Of a stretch of DNA of 64,000 nt, positions 46,309-56,516 are shown in pieces; position 1 is the stretch's first letter, and the number at the start of each line of letters is the position of its first letter. Where the stretch lies: the NCBI GenBank assembly GCA_964630375.1, contig CAZVRT010000005.1:5798-69797 (forward strand), read 5' to 3'. The translations under genes and the position numbers were made by a program. The DNA is from an uncultured Candidatus Saccharibacteria bacterium. Its GTDB lineage: Bacteria; Patescibacteriota; Minisyncoccia; Phycocordibacterales; JAACPR01. Under the pieces are notes generated by a model. That model was not told where the DNA came from. It did not search any database and saw only the letters and a list, made by a program, of their open reading frames with translations.

Positions 46309-47661
46309 ATGCAAGATATAATTCCACCAAAAAAAAGAAAGAGTATAAGAGACATTCCATTGCCAGACGGTAAAGTAAGAATCACACACAGAGAAAATGA
46401 CGTAAGGCAGCCAGAGTTTTCTGAACGAAAACCTATTGACGAAGTAATTGAAGCTAGAACTTTTGAACATACAAGTTCTGATGTTGAAGATTACGAGGAT
46501 GTTCAAATAAACAGGAATCGAGAAAACACAAAAACTTCAAGAAGAAGTCGTATTGACGGTGACGCTCCAAGAAGTAAAAAGAAATTTATTTTGATTGCAA
46601 CTTTAGCTTTTGCTCTAATTTTCACAATCTTCCTAGTTTCTAGAGAAAGTGCAAAAGTTTATGTTTTTGCAAAAGAACTGACACAGAGCACAAACACTTC
46701 TATTGAGATGGGTTATGAGCCAGTAAAAATTTCTTTGGAAAAAACAGTTTCAGTAAAAGCAACAGGCGAAGAACAAGTAACTGAAAAATCAAAAGGACGA
46801 ATAACTATTTATAACGAATACGAAGAAACTGAACAAAGACTTCTAAAAGAAACTCGTTTTGAATCTCCACAAGGCCTAATTTTCCGAATCCCTTCTTCTG
46901 TTGTTGTTCCAGGTTTAACTAGAGACGATAAAGGAAATGTAATTCCCGGAAAACTAGAAGTTGAAGTGGTTGCAGATAAAGCAGGTGAAGAATACAACAT
47001 TGCGCCAACACGATTCACAATTCCCGGATTTAAAGATTTGCCTCAATATGATTCGTTCTACGCAATTTCTGAAAACCCAACAGACGGAGGATTCGATGGT
47101 GTCAGAAAAGTGGTTTCTGAAACAGACCGAGAAGAAGCTGAGCGAGGTCTAAAAGCTCAATTAAAAGAAGAACTAGTTTCTCAAGCTGTCTCAAAAACAA
47201 CCGACCAAAATCTGGTTCTTGCTACTGACTCAATGATTACTTACGAAATATTGGGAGATAAGGTAAATGGAAACAATGTCACAATTTCAGCCCGAGGAAC
47301 TATCGACGCAACCTCATTTAATGCTCAAGAGTTCAGCAATTTAGTGGCAAAATCAGTTATTCCAAATTTCTCAGATGTGGAAAATGTTGAAATAAAAAAC
47401 ATAAAAGACTTATCAATTGGTGTTTCTAAAAAAGAAAATTCTACAGCTTCTTTGGATATTTCAGGAAATATAAGTTTCTTGTGGAAAAATGATCAAGAAT
47501 CTCTAAAGAAAGTTTTGGCAGGAACAGATAAAAATTCGATAAAGGAAACTGTGGAAATGTTCCCAGGAATCACTAAAATATCCACAGAAATTTCTCCATT
47601 CTGGAGCAGTAAAATTCCTGAAAACATAGAAAAGATTAAAATAATTGACTCAAAAAATTAA
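46309..47661 (+). CDS. Hypothetical bitopic membrane protein (about 95-aa basic cytoplasmic N-terminus, 1 TM, large extracytoplasmic domain)
   Basis: 450 aa; TM FILIATLAFALIFTIFLV. Confidence 0.45.
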   Translation: MQDIIPPKKRKSIRDIPLPDGKVRITHRENDVRQPEFSERKPIDEVIEARTFEHTSSDVEDYEDVQINRNRENTKTSRRSRIDGDAPRSKKKFILIATLAFALIFTIFLVSRESAKVYVFAKELTQSTNTSIEMGYEPVKISLEKTVSVKATGEEQVTEKSKGRITIYNEYEETEQRLLKETRFESPQGLIFRIPSSVVVPGLTRDDKGNVIPGKLEVEVVADKAGEEYNIAPTRFTIPGFKDLPQYDSFYAISENPTDGGFDGVRKVVSETDREEAERGLKAQLKEELVSQAVSKTTDQNLVLATDSMITYEILGDKVNGNNVTISARGTIDATSFNAQEFSNLVAKSVIPNFSDVENVEIKNIKDLSIGVSKKENSTASLDISGNISFLWKNDQESLKKVLAGTDKNSIKETVEMFPGITKISTEISPFWSSKIPENIEKIKIIDSKN

Positions 47662-47687
47662 GATTGCTAGTATTGCGTAACTTCTAA

Positions 47688-47942
47688 ATGAAAAGAAAAG
47701 TAAATAAAAACAAAAGACGAGGAGATGTTGCTCCAAAAGAAGAAAAAAAAGGTGTTTTAGGCACTGTTATTGAAGCGTTGCCGGATACACTTTTCAAAGT
47801 ATTGCTTGAAGACGGAACTGAGAAATTAGCTTTTTTGGGCGGTAAAATGAAGATGAATAGAATCAGAGTCTTGGTCGGAGACAAAGTGCTGATGGAAATT
47901 GATCCGTACGGCGGTAAAGCCCGTATTTTTAAGAGATTATAA
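47688..47942 (+). CDS. infA: Translation initiation factor IF-1 with about 20-aa Lys/Arg-rich N-terminal extension
   Basis: S1-like core GTVIEALPDTLFKVLLEDGTEKLAFLGGKMKMNRIRVLVGDKVLMEIDPYGGKARI. Confidence 0.85.
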   Translation: MKRKVNKNKRRGDVAPKEEKKGVLGTVIEALPDTLFKVLLEDGTEKLAFLGGKMKMNRIRVLVGDKVLMEIDPYGGKARIFKRL

Positions 47943-47990
47943 AAGGGCTTTACTCTTTTAAATCTATTTGCTAAACTACCCATTCGTAGT

Positions 47991-48371
47991 ATGAGAATTC
48001 AAGGTATAACACTTCCAGATAAAAAACGGATGGAGATAGCTCTAACAGCTATTTATGGTATTGGACGTCCTCTGTCTAAAAAGATTTTGGATCAAGCAAA
48101 CGTTGATTTCAACAAAAAAGCTAAAGACGTTACTCCTGAAGAGGAAAACGCAATCCGAGCAATTGTTGAAGAAATGAAAATTGAAGGAGATCTTAGACGG
48201 GAAGTTTCAGCAAATATTAAAAGATTAAAAGATATTGGTTCAAATAAAGGAATGAGACATGCTCGTCGACTTCCTGTAAGAGGACAAAGAACAAAAACAA
48301 ACACTCGAACAGTTCGAGGTAACGTTCGAAAGACTATGGGTTCAGGTAAACGATCTGTAGACAAGAAATAA
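47991..48371 (+). CDS. rpsM: 30S ribosomal protein S13
   Basis: MRIQGITLPDKKRMEIALTAIYGIGR... C-terminal basic tail. Confidence 0.93.
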   Translation: MRIQGITLPDKKRMEIALTAIYGIGRPLSKKILDQANVDFNKKAKDVTPEEENAIRAIVEEMKIEGDLRREVSANIKRLKDIGSNKGMRHARRLPVRGQRTKTNTRTVRGNVRKTMGSGKRSVDKK

Positions 48372-48377
48372 TAAATT

Positions 48378-48806
48378 ATGGGAAAGAAAAGAATTGTTAA
48401 AAAAACTGGTAAAGAGGATTCATCAAAAGGTGGGTCAGCTCGAAAGCTTCCAAGAAAGAAATTGGATAAGGGAATTTTGTATGTTCAATCAACATACAAC
48501 AACACTCAAGTTCTACTAACAGACGCGAAAGGTAACGCGATTATTTCTTCATCTTCAGGAGCTCTAGGATTTAAAGGTGCTAAAAAAGGTACTCCTTTTG
48601 CTGCTGCAAAAGTTGGAGAAGTACTTGCTGAAAAGGCTGAACAACTTGGATTGAAAGAGATCGATGTTGTTGTAAAAGGCGTTGGTTCAGGTCGTGAATC
48701 TTCTATCAGAAGCTTTATTAGCAAAGGTGTTCAAATTAGAAACATCAAAGATGTGACACCAAAACCTTTTAACGGACCAACTCCACGAAAACCAAGACGA
48801 GTATAA
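48378..48806 (+). CDS. rpsK: 30S ribosomal protein S11
   Basis: ...ILYVQSTYNNTQVLLTDAKGN...AAKVGEVLAEKA... Confidence 0.93.
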   Translation: MGKKRIVKKTGKEDSSKGGSARKLPRKKLDKGILYVQSTYNNTQVLLTDAKGNAIISSSSGALGFKGAKKGTPFAAAKVGEVLAEKAEQLGLKEIDVVVKGVGSGRESSIRSFISKGVQIRNIKDVTPKPFNGPTPRKPRRV

Positions 48807-48815
48807 TAAATTTTT

Positions 48816-49427
48816 ATGAAAATAGGACCAAAATATAAAATCGCAAGAAGACTTGGAGCATCAGTGTTTGAAAAAACTCAAACAGCTAAATTTGCTTTGC
48901 GAACAGAAAGAAAAAATCGAAATTCTTCTCGAAGACAAAAAGGACCATCAAACTATGGGAAACAACTTATTGAAAAACAAAAAGTTCGATTCACATATGC
49001 TGTGTCTGAAAAGCAATTCGTAAACTATGTTAGAGAAGCAATTGAAAAATTTGGCGCAAATCCAGGAGAAGCTTTGTTCTCACTTCTAGAATCAAGAGCA
49101 GATAGCGTTGTTCTAAGATCTGGTTTTGTATCAACTCGACTAGGTGCAAGACAAGCCGTATCTCACGGACACATCACAGTTAACGGAAAAAGAATCACTG
49201 TTCCATCATACAGACTAAAAATCGGTGATGTTGTTGGAATCAGAGAAGGAAGCAAAACAAAAGGTTTGTTTAAAGAAGTCTCAGAAAAACTTGCTGAAAC
49301 AACAGCACCAAATTGGCTAAAAGTAAATAAAACTACTTTTGAAACAGAAGTTGTTGCAAAACCAACTCTTACACCCGGAGACAACAATTTTGATTTACCA
49401 GCCGTTATCCAATTCTACAAGCGTTAA
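48816..49427 (+). CDS. rpsD: 30S ribosomal protein S4
   Basis: MKIGPKYKIARRLG...; S4 domain ...DSVVLRSGFVSTRLGARQAVSHGHITVNGKRI. Confidence 0.93.
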   Translation: MKIGPKYKIARRLGASVFEKTQTAKFALRTERKNRNSSRRQKGPSNYGKQLIEKQKVRFTYAVSEKQFVNYVREAIEKFGANPGEALFSLLESRADSVVLRSGFVSTRLGARQAVSHGHITVNGKRITVPSYRLKIGDVVGIREGSKTKGLFKEVSEKLAETTAPNWLKVNKTTFETEVVAKPTLTPGDNNFDLPAVIQFYKR

Positions 49428-49511
49428 TCCTTGCGTTTTTGTCAAGAATAGGGTACAGTACAAAACACAACGATATTAAGAATTTATCAGTAAATAAAAC
49501 GAACAATAGGT

Positions 49512-50483
49512 ATGTCTGATCAACAAATAGCGTTGCCATCAAAGCCAAAAATTGTGTCTGAACAAGACAATATTGGCGTATATGAAATCGAGGGACTATA
49601 TCCAGGATATGGTCATACTCTTGGCAACTCATTAAGAAGAATTATTCTTTCATCTCTACCCGGAGCTGCTGTTACGCAATTGAAAATTAAAGGTGTAAGC
49701 CATGAATTTTCAACAGTCGAAGGTGTGAAGGAAGATGTTATTGCAATTATTTTAAATATTAAAAAAATTAGATTTGCACTAAACACTGATGAAAACCAAA
49801 CTATCTCTATCAAAGTAAGTGGAGAAAAAGAAGTAAAAGCAAAAGATTTGGTTCTACCTTCTCAAGTTTCTATCAAAAACCCAGATTTGCATTTGTTCAC
49901 TATCACAAATAAAAATACTGAAATTGAAATGGAACTAACAATCGAACACGGTATTGGTTTCGTTCCAAAAGAAATGATTCACAGAGACAGAGTTGAAGTT
50001 GGAACAATTGCTTTGGATGCACTTTTTGCGCCTATTAGACGAGTTTATTACGAAACTGAAAACATGCGAGTTGGAGACAGAACAGACTTCAATCGACTTC
50101 GAATCACAATCGAAACAGATGGAACAATTTCTCCTAAACAAGCTCTTGAAAATTCTATCGAAATCATGATTTCTCAACTTAAAGCTATTGTTGGTTTTAA
50201 AGAAGAATTTGTTTTTGAAGAAAAAACTGTATCTGAATCAACAGAAGAAGATGTTGAATCTGAGTCAAAAGATGACGACATGGAAGATTTCCTAAAAACT
50301 CGAGTTGAAACACTAGATATTTCAGCTAGAACAATCTCAGCTCTTACAGCTGCCGGAATTCGAACAGTTGGAGGTCTAGCTCGAAAAAAGGAAGAAGATA
50401 TTTTGTCACTTGAAGGATTGGGAGAAAAAGGTCTTCAAGAAATCAAAAGAATATTGGGTAATCACGGAATCATCCTAAAATAA
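49512..50483 (+). CDS. rpoA: DNA-directed RNA polymerase subunit alpha
   Basis: NTD (GYGHTLGNSLRRIILSSLPGAAV) + acidic linker + CTD (ARTISALTAAGIRTVGGL). Confidence 0.93.
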   Translation: MSDQQIALPSKPKIVSEQDNIGVYEIEGLYPGYGHTLGNSLRRIILSSLPGAAVTQLKIKGVSHEFSTVEGVKEDVIAIILNIKKIRFALNTDENQTISIKVSGEKEVKAKDLVLPSQVSIKNPDLHLFTITNKNTEIEMELTIEHGIGFVPKEMIHRDRVEVGTIALDALFAPIRRVYYETENMRVGDRTDFNRLRITIETDGTISPKQALENSIEIMISQLKAIVGFKEEFVFEEKTVSESTEEDVESESKDDDMEDFLKTRVETLDISARTISALTAAGIRTVGGLARKKEEDILSLEGLGEKGLQEIKRILGNHGIILK

Positions 50484-50525
50484 GCTTTACAATAATCCAA
50501 ACCTGCGATAGTCTATAACCCACAA

Positions 50526-50882
50526 ATGAAACATCACGATTCAAAAAGAAAATTTGGCCGAGAGAAAAATCAGTACAACGCTCTGATGAAGTCTCTTGCT
50601 CGTTCTCTTGTAAAATACGAAGCTATTGTTACAACAGAAGCTAAAGCGAAAGAATTACGACCATACATTGAAGAACTTGTTACAAAAGCTCGAAAGAACG
50701 ATTTGGCTACAAAAAGACAACTTTCTTCAAAACTTGGAAATGATATTGAAACAGCTAAAAAGTTGATTGAGGTTATTGCTCCTCAATACATGGAAAGAGC
50801 TGGTGGTTATACACGAATCACAAAACTTCCAATTAGAATTAAAGACGCCGCAAAGATGGCACAAATATCTTTTGTTAAATAA
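50526..50882 (+). CDS. rplQ: 50S ribosomal protein L17
   Basis: MKHHDSKRKFGREKNQYNALMKSLARSLV... Confidence 0.9.
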   Translation: MKHHDSKRKFGREKNQYNALMKSLARSLVKYEAIVTTEAKAKELRPYIEELVTKARKNDLATKRQLSSKLGNDIETAKKLIEVIAPQYMERAGGYTRITKLPIRIKDAAKMAQISFVK

Positions 50883-50883
50883 T

Positions 50884-51234
50884 ATGAAAATTATCGACGC
50901 ACAAGGAAAATCTATAGGGCGAGTTGCAACAGAAGCAGCTATGGCTCTTATGGGTAAAGATCGAGCTGATTTTGAACCACATATCATTCAAACAGAAGGT
51001 GTTCACATCACCAACGCTTCAAAAGTTTCAATTGACGAAAAGAAATTGAACGGAAAAAACAAGAAACAATATTCTAGATATACTGGTTATCCAGGTGGAT
51101 TAAAATTTGAATCGATAACAAAAGTAGTTGAAAAACACGGTTATCAAGAAATTTTCAAACGAGCAATAAGAGGAATGTTACCAGCAAACAAACACCGAGC
51201 TCAACTATTAAAAAAGATAGAAGTTACAGAATAA
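50884..51234 (+). CDS. rplM: 50S ribosomal protein L13 (short)
   Basis: Track ORF 50767.. trimmed to ATG 50884 (MKIIDAQGKSIGRVATEAA...). Confidence 0.85.
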   Translation: MKIIDAQGKSIGRVATEAAMALMGKDRADFEPHIIQTEGVHITNASKVSIDEKKLNGKNKKQYSRYTGYPGGLKFESITKVVEKHGYQEIFKRAIRGMLPANKHRAQLLKKIEVTE

Positions 51235-51238
51235 AAAT

Positions 51239-51637
51239 ATGGCAACTGCAAAAACAGAAAAATACATAGAAGGAATTGGAAGAAGAAAAGAATCTGTTGC
51301 TAGAGTTCGAATTACTCCCGCATCAAAAACTTCTTTCGTTATCAATGACAAAAATCTTGGAGATTACTTCAAAACTGCAAGTTTGCAACAAACAGTTCAA
51401 GAAGCTTTAAATGAAAAAGGAGACTTTGCAGTTTCTGTAAAAGTTGTTGGAGGAGGAACAAGCTCACAAGCTGAAAGTATCCGACTAGGTATTGCTAGAG
51501 CATTGGTTAAAAAAGATGCTGAATTAAGAAAAGATTTGAAATCAAAAGGTTTCCTAAAACGAGATCCGAGAGTAAAAGAAAGACGAAAGTTCGGATTGAA
51601 GAAAGCTCGAAAATCTGCTCAATGGAGCAAACGATAG
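51239..51637 (+). CDS. rpsI: 30S ribosomal protein S9
   Basis: ...GRRKESVARVRI...; C-terminal ...RRKFGLKKARKSAQWSKR. Confidence 0.93.
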   Translation: MATAKTEKYIEGIGRRKESVARVRITPASKTSFVINDKNLGDYFKTASLQQTVQEALNEKGDFAVSVKVVGGGTSSQAESIRLGIARALVKKDAELRKDLKSKGFLKRDPRVKERRKFGLKKARKSAQWSKR

Positions 51638-51687
51638 AATTGCCGTTTTATATATTATTAGGCAATTGTTTAACAAAAATTTAAATT

Positions 51688-52263
51688 ATGCCTGACAAAA
51701 ACAACGACGATATTATGTTTGATAAAGAAGACGTTATTTACGACAACGAAGATAACTCTACGTCTCTTTCTGACGCTACTGATAAAATAAAAAAACTAAA
51801 AGAAGAACTTAAGTCTTGCAAAGATGAAAAGCAAGAATATTTAGATGGTTGGCAAAGATCAAAAGCAGATTTTATGAATCTGAAAAAGAGAAGTGCTGAT
51901 GAAATTTTAGAATCTCAAGAAAGAGCATACGAAAATTTGATTTTTGATTTGCTTCCAACTTTAGATAGTTTTGATATGGCTTTTAAAAACAAAGAAGCGT
52001 GGGAATCCGCGCCAATTCAGTGGAGAAAAGGCATCGAGTACATTCACACACAGTTATCAAATCTTATAGAAAGTTATGGAGTGAAAATAATTGATCCGCT
52101 CAATAAAGATTTTGATCCGATAGAACATCATTCGACGGAAACAGAGAAAACGGATGATAAAAGTAAAGACGGGAAGGTTGTGGAAGTAATTTTGAAAGGT
52201 TATAAAATAAAAGATAAAGTATTGAGACCAGCGCGCGTAAAGGTAGGATCATACGAATCCTAA
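51688..52263 (+). CDS. grpE: Nucleotide exchange factor GrpE
   Basis: Coiled-coil N-terminus, ...DGWQRSKADFMNLKKRS..., C-terminal beta domain ...VLRPARVKVG. Confidence 0.9.
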   Translation: MPDKNNDDIMFDKEDVIYDNEDNSTSLSDATDKIKKLKEELKSCKDEKQEYLDGWQRSKADFMNLKKRSADEILESQERAYENLIFDLLPTLDSFDMAFKNKEAWESAPIQWRKGIEYIHTQLSNLIESYGVKIIDPLNKDFDPIEHHSTETEKTDDKSKDGKVVEVILKGYKIKDKVLRPARVKVGSYES

Positions 52264-52329
52264 CTTTGCAAAACAAGTGAGATTGTTTTAAAATTCTCAC
52301 ACAAAATTACTAGGTTAATTTCAAAAAAT

Positions 52330-54219
52330 ATGGGAAAAATAATTGGTATAGACTTAGGAACAACAAACTCAGCAGTAGCTTTCGTTGAAGGTGGAGAGCC
52401 TGTGATTATCGAGAACACAGAAGGAAATAGAACAACTCCTTCTATTGTTGCGATTTCAAAAACAGGAGAAAGACTTGTTGGTCTTACAGCAAAAAGACAA
52501 TCGGTAACAAATCCTAAAAATACAGTTTTTGGAATCAAAAGATTTATCGGTCACGCTTTCGATGAATCTTCAGTTTCAAAAGACCAAGAAACAATTCCAT
52601 ACGAAATTCAAAAATCTACAAACGGAGGAGTTGAGGTAAAAATGTCAGACAAATTTTATCGTCCGGAAGAAATTTCTGCGATGATTTTGCAAAAACTAAA
52701 AGCGGACGCCGAAGCAAAACTTGGTGAACCTGTAACAGAAGCGGTTATCACCGTTCCTGCGTATTTCAATGATGCACAAAGACAAGCTACAAAAGATGCT
52801 GGAAAAATTGCAGGCCTAGAAGTTCGAAGAATTATCAACGAGCCAACAGCAGCTGCTCTAGCATACGGTTTTAATAATAAAAAAGATGAAAAAATTGTAG
52901 TATTCGACTTCGGTGGAGGTACTTTTGATGTGTCAGTTTTGGAAGTTGGAGATGATGTTATCGAAGTAAAATCAACTGGTGGAGATAGTCACTTGGGTGG
53001 AAAAGACATCGATCAAAAAATCATCAAGTGGATTGTGGGAGAATTTAAAAAACAATCTGGAATTGATATTTCTGGTGACTCTCTTGCAATGCAAAGACTT
53101 TATGAAGAATCTGAAAAAGCAAAAATCGAACTTTCAACAGCACAAGAAACTGAAATCAATATTCCATTTATTACTTCAGGTCCAAATGGTCCGGAACACT
53201 TAGTATTAAAACTTTCTCGAGCACAATTAGAAGAAATCACACGAGAATATGTAGAAAGGGCAATTGATATTACAAAGCGAACAATCGAATCTTCATCATT
53301 TACTGTAAACGATATTGATAATGTTATTTTGGTTGGAGGACAAACAAGAATGCCTTTGATTCAAGAAGAAGTGAAGAAATTCTTTGGAAAAGAACCAAAC
53401 CGATCAATCAACCCAGATGAAGTTGTAGCACTTGGAGCAGCGCTTCAAGGGGGGATTCTTCAAGGAGATGTAAAAGATGTTTTACTATTGGATGTCATTC
53501 CGCTTTCACTTGGTATTGAAACTCTTGGAGGTGTAGCAACAAAATTGATTGAAAAAAATACAACAATTCCTTCATCAAAATCTCAAGTTTTCTCAACGGC
53601 TGGAGACAATCAAACTCAAGTAGAAATTCATGTTGTTCAAGGAGAAAGAGCAATGGCGATTGATAACAAAAGTCTAGGAAGATTTATTTTGGACGGAATT
53701 CCACCGGCACCACGAGGTATGCCACAAATTGAAGTTAGTTTTGATGTGGATGCAAACGGTATTTTGAAAGTAACTGCAAAAGATAAGGCATCTGGAAAAG
53801 AACAATCAATCAGAATTGAAGCAAGTTCAGGTTTGACAGAAGATGATATTAAAAAGATGCAACAAGATGCTGAAGCTCACGCTAGCGAAGATGCAAAGAA
53901 AAAAGAATTGATTGAAGTTAGAAACATTGCAGAGCAAATGATTTACACTTCAGAGAAAGCCTTGAAAGATGCTGAAGGAAAAATTCCGGAAGACTTAAAA
54001 ACAAACATCACAGCAAAAATTGAAGCTCTGAAAAAAGAAAAAGATACTGGAAGTAAAGAATCAATTCAGAAAGCTTCTGACGAACTTTCAACAGAAATTC
54101 AAAAGATTGGAGAACACATGTCTCAAGAACAATCTCAAACAACAGAACAAAAACCAGAAGAAGGAGTTCGAGACGCTGAGGTTGAAAAAGAAGAACCGAC
54201 TGATGAAAACAAAGCCTAA
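52330..54219 (+). CDS. dnaK: Chaperone DnaK (Hsp70)
   Basis: [35 protein letters not shown], substrate-binding and lid domains. Confidence 0.96.
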   Translation: MGKIIGIDLGTTNSAVAFVEGGEPVIIENTEGNRTTPSIVAISKTGERLVGLTAKRQSVTNPKNTVFGIKRFIGHAFDESSVSKDQETIPYEIQKSTNGGVEVKMSDKFYRPEEISAMILQKLKADAEAKLGEPVTEAVITVPAYFNDAQRQATKDAGKIAGLEVRRIINEPTAAALAYGFNNKKDEKIVVFDFGGGTFDVSVLEVGDDVIEVKSTGGDSHLGGKDIDQKIIKWIVGEFKKQSGIDISGDSLAMQRLYEESEKAKIELSTAQETEINIPFITSGPNGPEHLVLKLSRAQLEEITREYVERAIDITKRTIESSSFTVNDIDNVILVGGQTRMPLIQEEVKKFFGKEPNRSINPDEVVALGAALQGGILQGDVKDVLLLDVIPLSLGIETLGGVATKLIEKNTTIPSSKSQVFSTAGDNQTQVEIHVVQGERAMAIDNKSLGRFILDGIPPAPRGMPQIEVSFDVDANGILKVTAKDKASGKEQSIRIEASSGLTEDDIKKMQQDAEAHASEDAKKKELIEVRNIAEQMIYTSEKALKDAEGKIPEDLKTNITAKIEALKKEKDTGSKESIQKASDELSTEIQKIGEHMSQEQSQTTEQKPEEGVRDAEVEKEEPTDENKA

Positions 54220-55082
54220 TGGCAAAAGATTACTACAAAATTCTTGGCGTTGAAAAAAGTGCTTCTCAAGAAGAAATAAAAAAAGCTTTTAGAAAGCTGG
54301 CACAGCAACATCATCCAGACAAACCAAACGGAAACGAAGAAAAGTTTAAAGAAATAAACGAAGCATATTCCGTATTGTCTGATTCTCAAAAACGAGCTCA
54401 ATATGATCAATTTGGGTCAGGATTTTCAGGAGCTCAAGGTGGCCAAGGTTTTGGAGGATTTGATTTCAGTGGATTTGCACAAAATTTTTCTCAAGGAGGA
54501 GTTGAGTTTGATTTGAATGATATTTTCGGATCAATTTTTGGTGGCGGATTTCAAAGAGCCAGAAGAGGTGCTGATATTGTAGTGGATGTGACAATTGATT
54601 TTAAAGAATCAATTTTAGGAAAATCTCACAAGTTAAATGTAACTCGAAACGATGGAAGCAAAGAAGAAATTTCTTTCACGATTCCGCCCGGAATAGACAA
54701 TGGCGAAACATTGCGAATTGTTGGAAAAGGAGAAGCTTCAAAACAAGGTGGTCAACCAGGACACTTATATGCTCGAATTCATGTAAAACCGCATCCGACA
54801 CTAAAAAAAGAAGGTTATCATTTGATTACAGATTTAAATCTAAAATTATCTGATGTTTTGCTTGGAACAACTTACGAAGTGGATACTTTGGAAGAAAAAA
54901 TGACAATCAAAATTCCAAAAGGAATTAACCACGGAGAAATTTTAAGAATTAAAGGAAAAGGAGTTCCTGTCGGTGGAAGAACTAGCGGAGATTTGTTGAT
55001 TAGAGTTTTTGTAAAAATTCCGGACTCTCTTTCAAAGAAAGCAAAAGAAGCAGCAGAAGTTTTACGCACAGAAGGGTACTAG
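54219..55082 (+). CDS. dnaJ: DnaJ-family co-chaperone (J-domain + G/F + C-terminal domains; no zinc finger; CbpA-like)
   Basis: DYYKILGV...HPD tripeptide (QHHPDKP), G/F-rich region; no CxxCxGxG repeats; TAATG overlap with dnaK. Confidence 0.85.
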   Translation: MAKDYYKILGVEKSASQEEIKKAFRKLAQQHHPDKPNGNEEKFKEINEAYSVLSDSQKRAQYDQFGSGFSGAQGGQGFGGFDFSGFAQNFSQGGVEFDLNDIFGSIFGGGFQRARRGADIVVDVTIDFKESILGKSHKLNVTRNDGSKEEISFTIPPGIDNGETLRIVGKGEASKQGGQPGHLYARIHVKPHPTLKKEGYHLITDLNLKLSDVLLGTTYEVDTLEEKMTIKIPKGINHGEILRIKGKGVPVGGRTSGDLLIRVFVKIPDSLSKKAKEAAEVLRTEGY

Positions 55083-55114
55083 CATAGAGCAATAATTGAT
55101 TTATAATTATAGAG

Positions 55115-55582
55115 ATGTTTTCATTCGCATTTCTAACTTTAGATTTAATTATCATTATTGCAATTTTTGTCGCTGGTATTTTTATTTCATTTATGAAAGG
55201 TGAAGCTATTTTGGCAAGATTTCTTTTAGCTTTTTATCCGACAACTTTATTTTATTTGTATTTGCCATTCATTGATTTGAAAACATCAATGTCACAAATA
55301 ATTGGTTACGTTGCAATTTATGCAGGACTTTATTTTTTGTTAAAAAGAAATTTTACAACAGGACATTCTTACAAGACTTCAAAAAGAATGATTGATTCCA
55401 CAATTTTGTCTCTTGGTAGCCTTGTAGCAATCATGACTATCTATTATCATATTATTCCCTTGGGAACATTGTGGCAGTTCAGTTTGCCTTTTTCTAAGTA
55501 TTTGATTTCGGTTGTTCCTTTGGGAGTTTGGTTTATTATTCCAGCGATAGCAGTGTCTTTGACACATAAACATAATGCATAA
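55115..55582 (+). CDS. Hypothetical polytopic membrane protein (4-5 TM)
   Basis: 155 aa; overlaps the downstream histidine kinase start by 8 nt. Confidence 0.45.
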   Translation: MFSFAFLTLDLIIIIAIFVAGIFISFMKGEAILARFLLAFYPTTLFYLYLPFIDLKTSMSQIIGYVAIYAGLYFLLKRNFTTGHSYKTSKRMIDSTILSLGSLVAIMTIYYHIIPLGTLWQFSLPFSKYLISVVPLGVWFIIPAIAVSLTHKHNA

Positions 55583-56507
55583 ATTTGAAAAAATAAATTT
55601 TAAATTAATTTCATTTGTAATTTTTTTGTTAGTAATTTTTATTTCAATTACTCTTTTTACAGAAACAAGTTTTAAGAATACTTTATTAAATATTTCTCTA
55701 GTTTTAAGCTTGTTTTTAGGAATTCTGTTTTTGTTGGAATTTAAAAGCAAAAAAAATCTGAGTTCGAAAGTTGAAAGAACAACAGAAAATTTTTGTAGAT
55801 TAGAAGAATTAGATAGTTTAAAGACAGAATTTATTGCGCTTGCATCTCATCAACTAAGATCTCCTTTAGCAAAAATTCAAGGATATTCTTCAATGATTTT
55901 AGAAGAAGAGTTCGGCAGACTTCCTAAAAATTTAACAGAACCATTACAAAGAATTTTTATTTCCAGCCAAGATTTAGGTTTTATGTTGAATGATTTTCTA
56001 GACGTAGCACAAATTGAAAAAGGCCAGATTGTTTACAATTTTAAACCTGCAAACCTAATAGATATTTTAGAAAAAACAAACAGCATTTTTAAGAATGTAG
56101 CAGAAACTTCTGGTTTAAATTTAAAAACAACTTATAGCAAAAATGACGGAATAAATATTTTGGTTGATTTCAACAAAACTGTAAGTGCGTTTTCAAAAAT
56201 ATTCGATAATGCAATTAAATACACACCGACTGGAGAAGTTACAATTTCTGTTGCAGAAAAAGATGGTGATGCAATAGTTTCAATAAGAGATACAGGTATC
56301 GGAATCAGCAAATCAGAGATAGAAGAAATTTTTGAAAGATTTAAAAGAGGGAAAAATTCATACAATCAATCAGTTACAGGTAGTGGGCTAGGACTTTATG
56401 TTGCCAAAGAAATTATTGAGGCTCAGGAAGGCAAAATTTGGCTTAAATCTGAGGGAGAAGGCAAGGGTACAACGGTATTTGTTGCTTTTCCAATATTAAA
56501 AAACTAG
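55575..56507 (+). CDS. Sensor histidine kinase (2 TM + HisKA + HATPase_c)
   Basis: H-box ALASHQLRSPLAKI; N, G1 (DTGIGI), G2 (GSGLGLYVAKEI) boxes. Confidence 0.8.
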   Translation: MHKFEKINFKLISFVIFLLVIFISITLFTETSFKNTLLNISLVLSLFLGILFLLEFKSKKNLSSKVERTTENFCRLEELDSLKTEFIALASHQLRSPLAKIQGYSSMILEEEFGRLPKNLTEPLQRIFISSQDLGFMLNDFLDVAQIEKGQIVYNFKPANLIDILEKTNSIFKNVAETSGLNLKTTYSKNDGINILVDFNKTVSAFSKIFDNAIKYTPTGEVTISVAEKDGDAIVSIRDTGIGISKSEIEEIFERFKRGKNSYNQSVTGSGLGLYVAKEIIEAQEGKIWLKSEGEGKGTTVFVAFPILKN

Positions 56508-56516
56508 AATAGAAAA

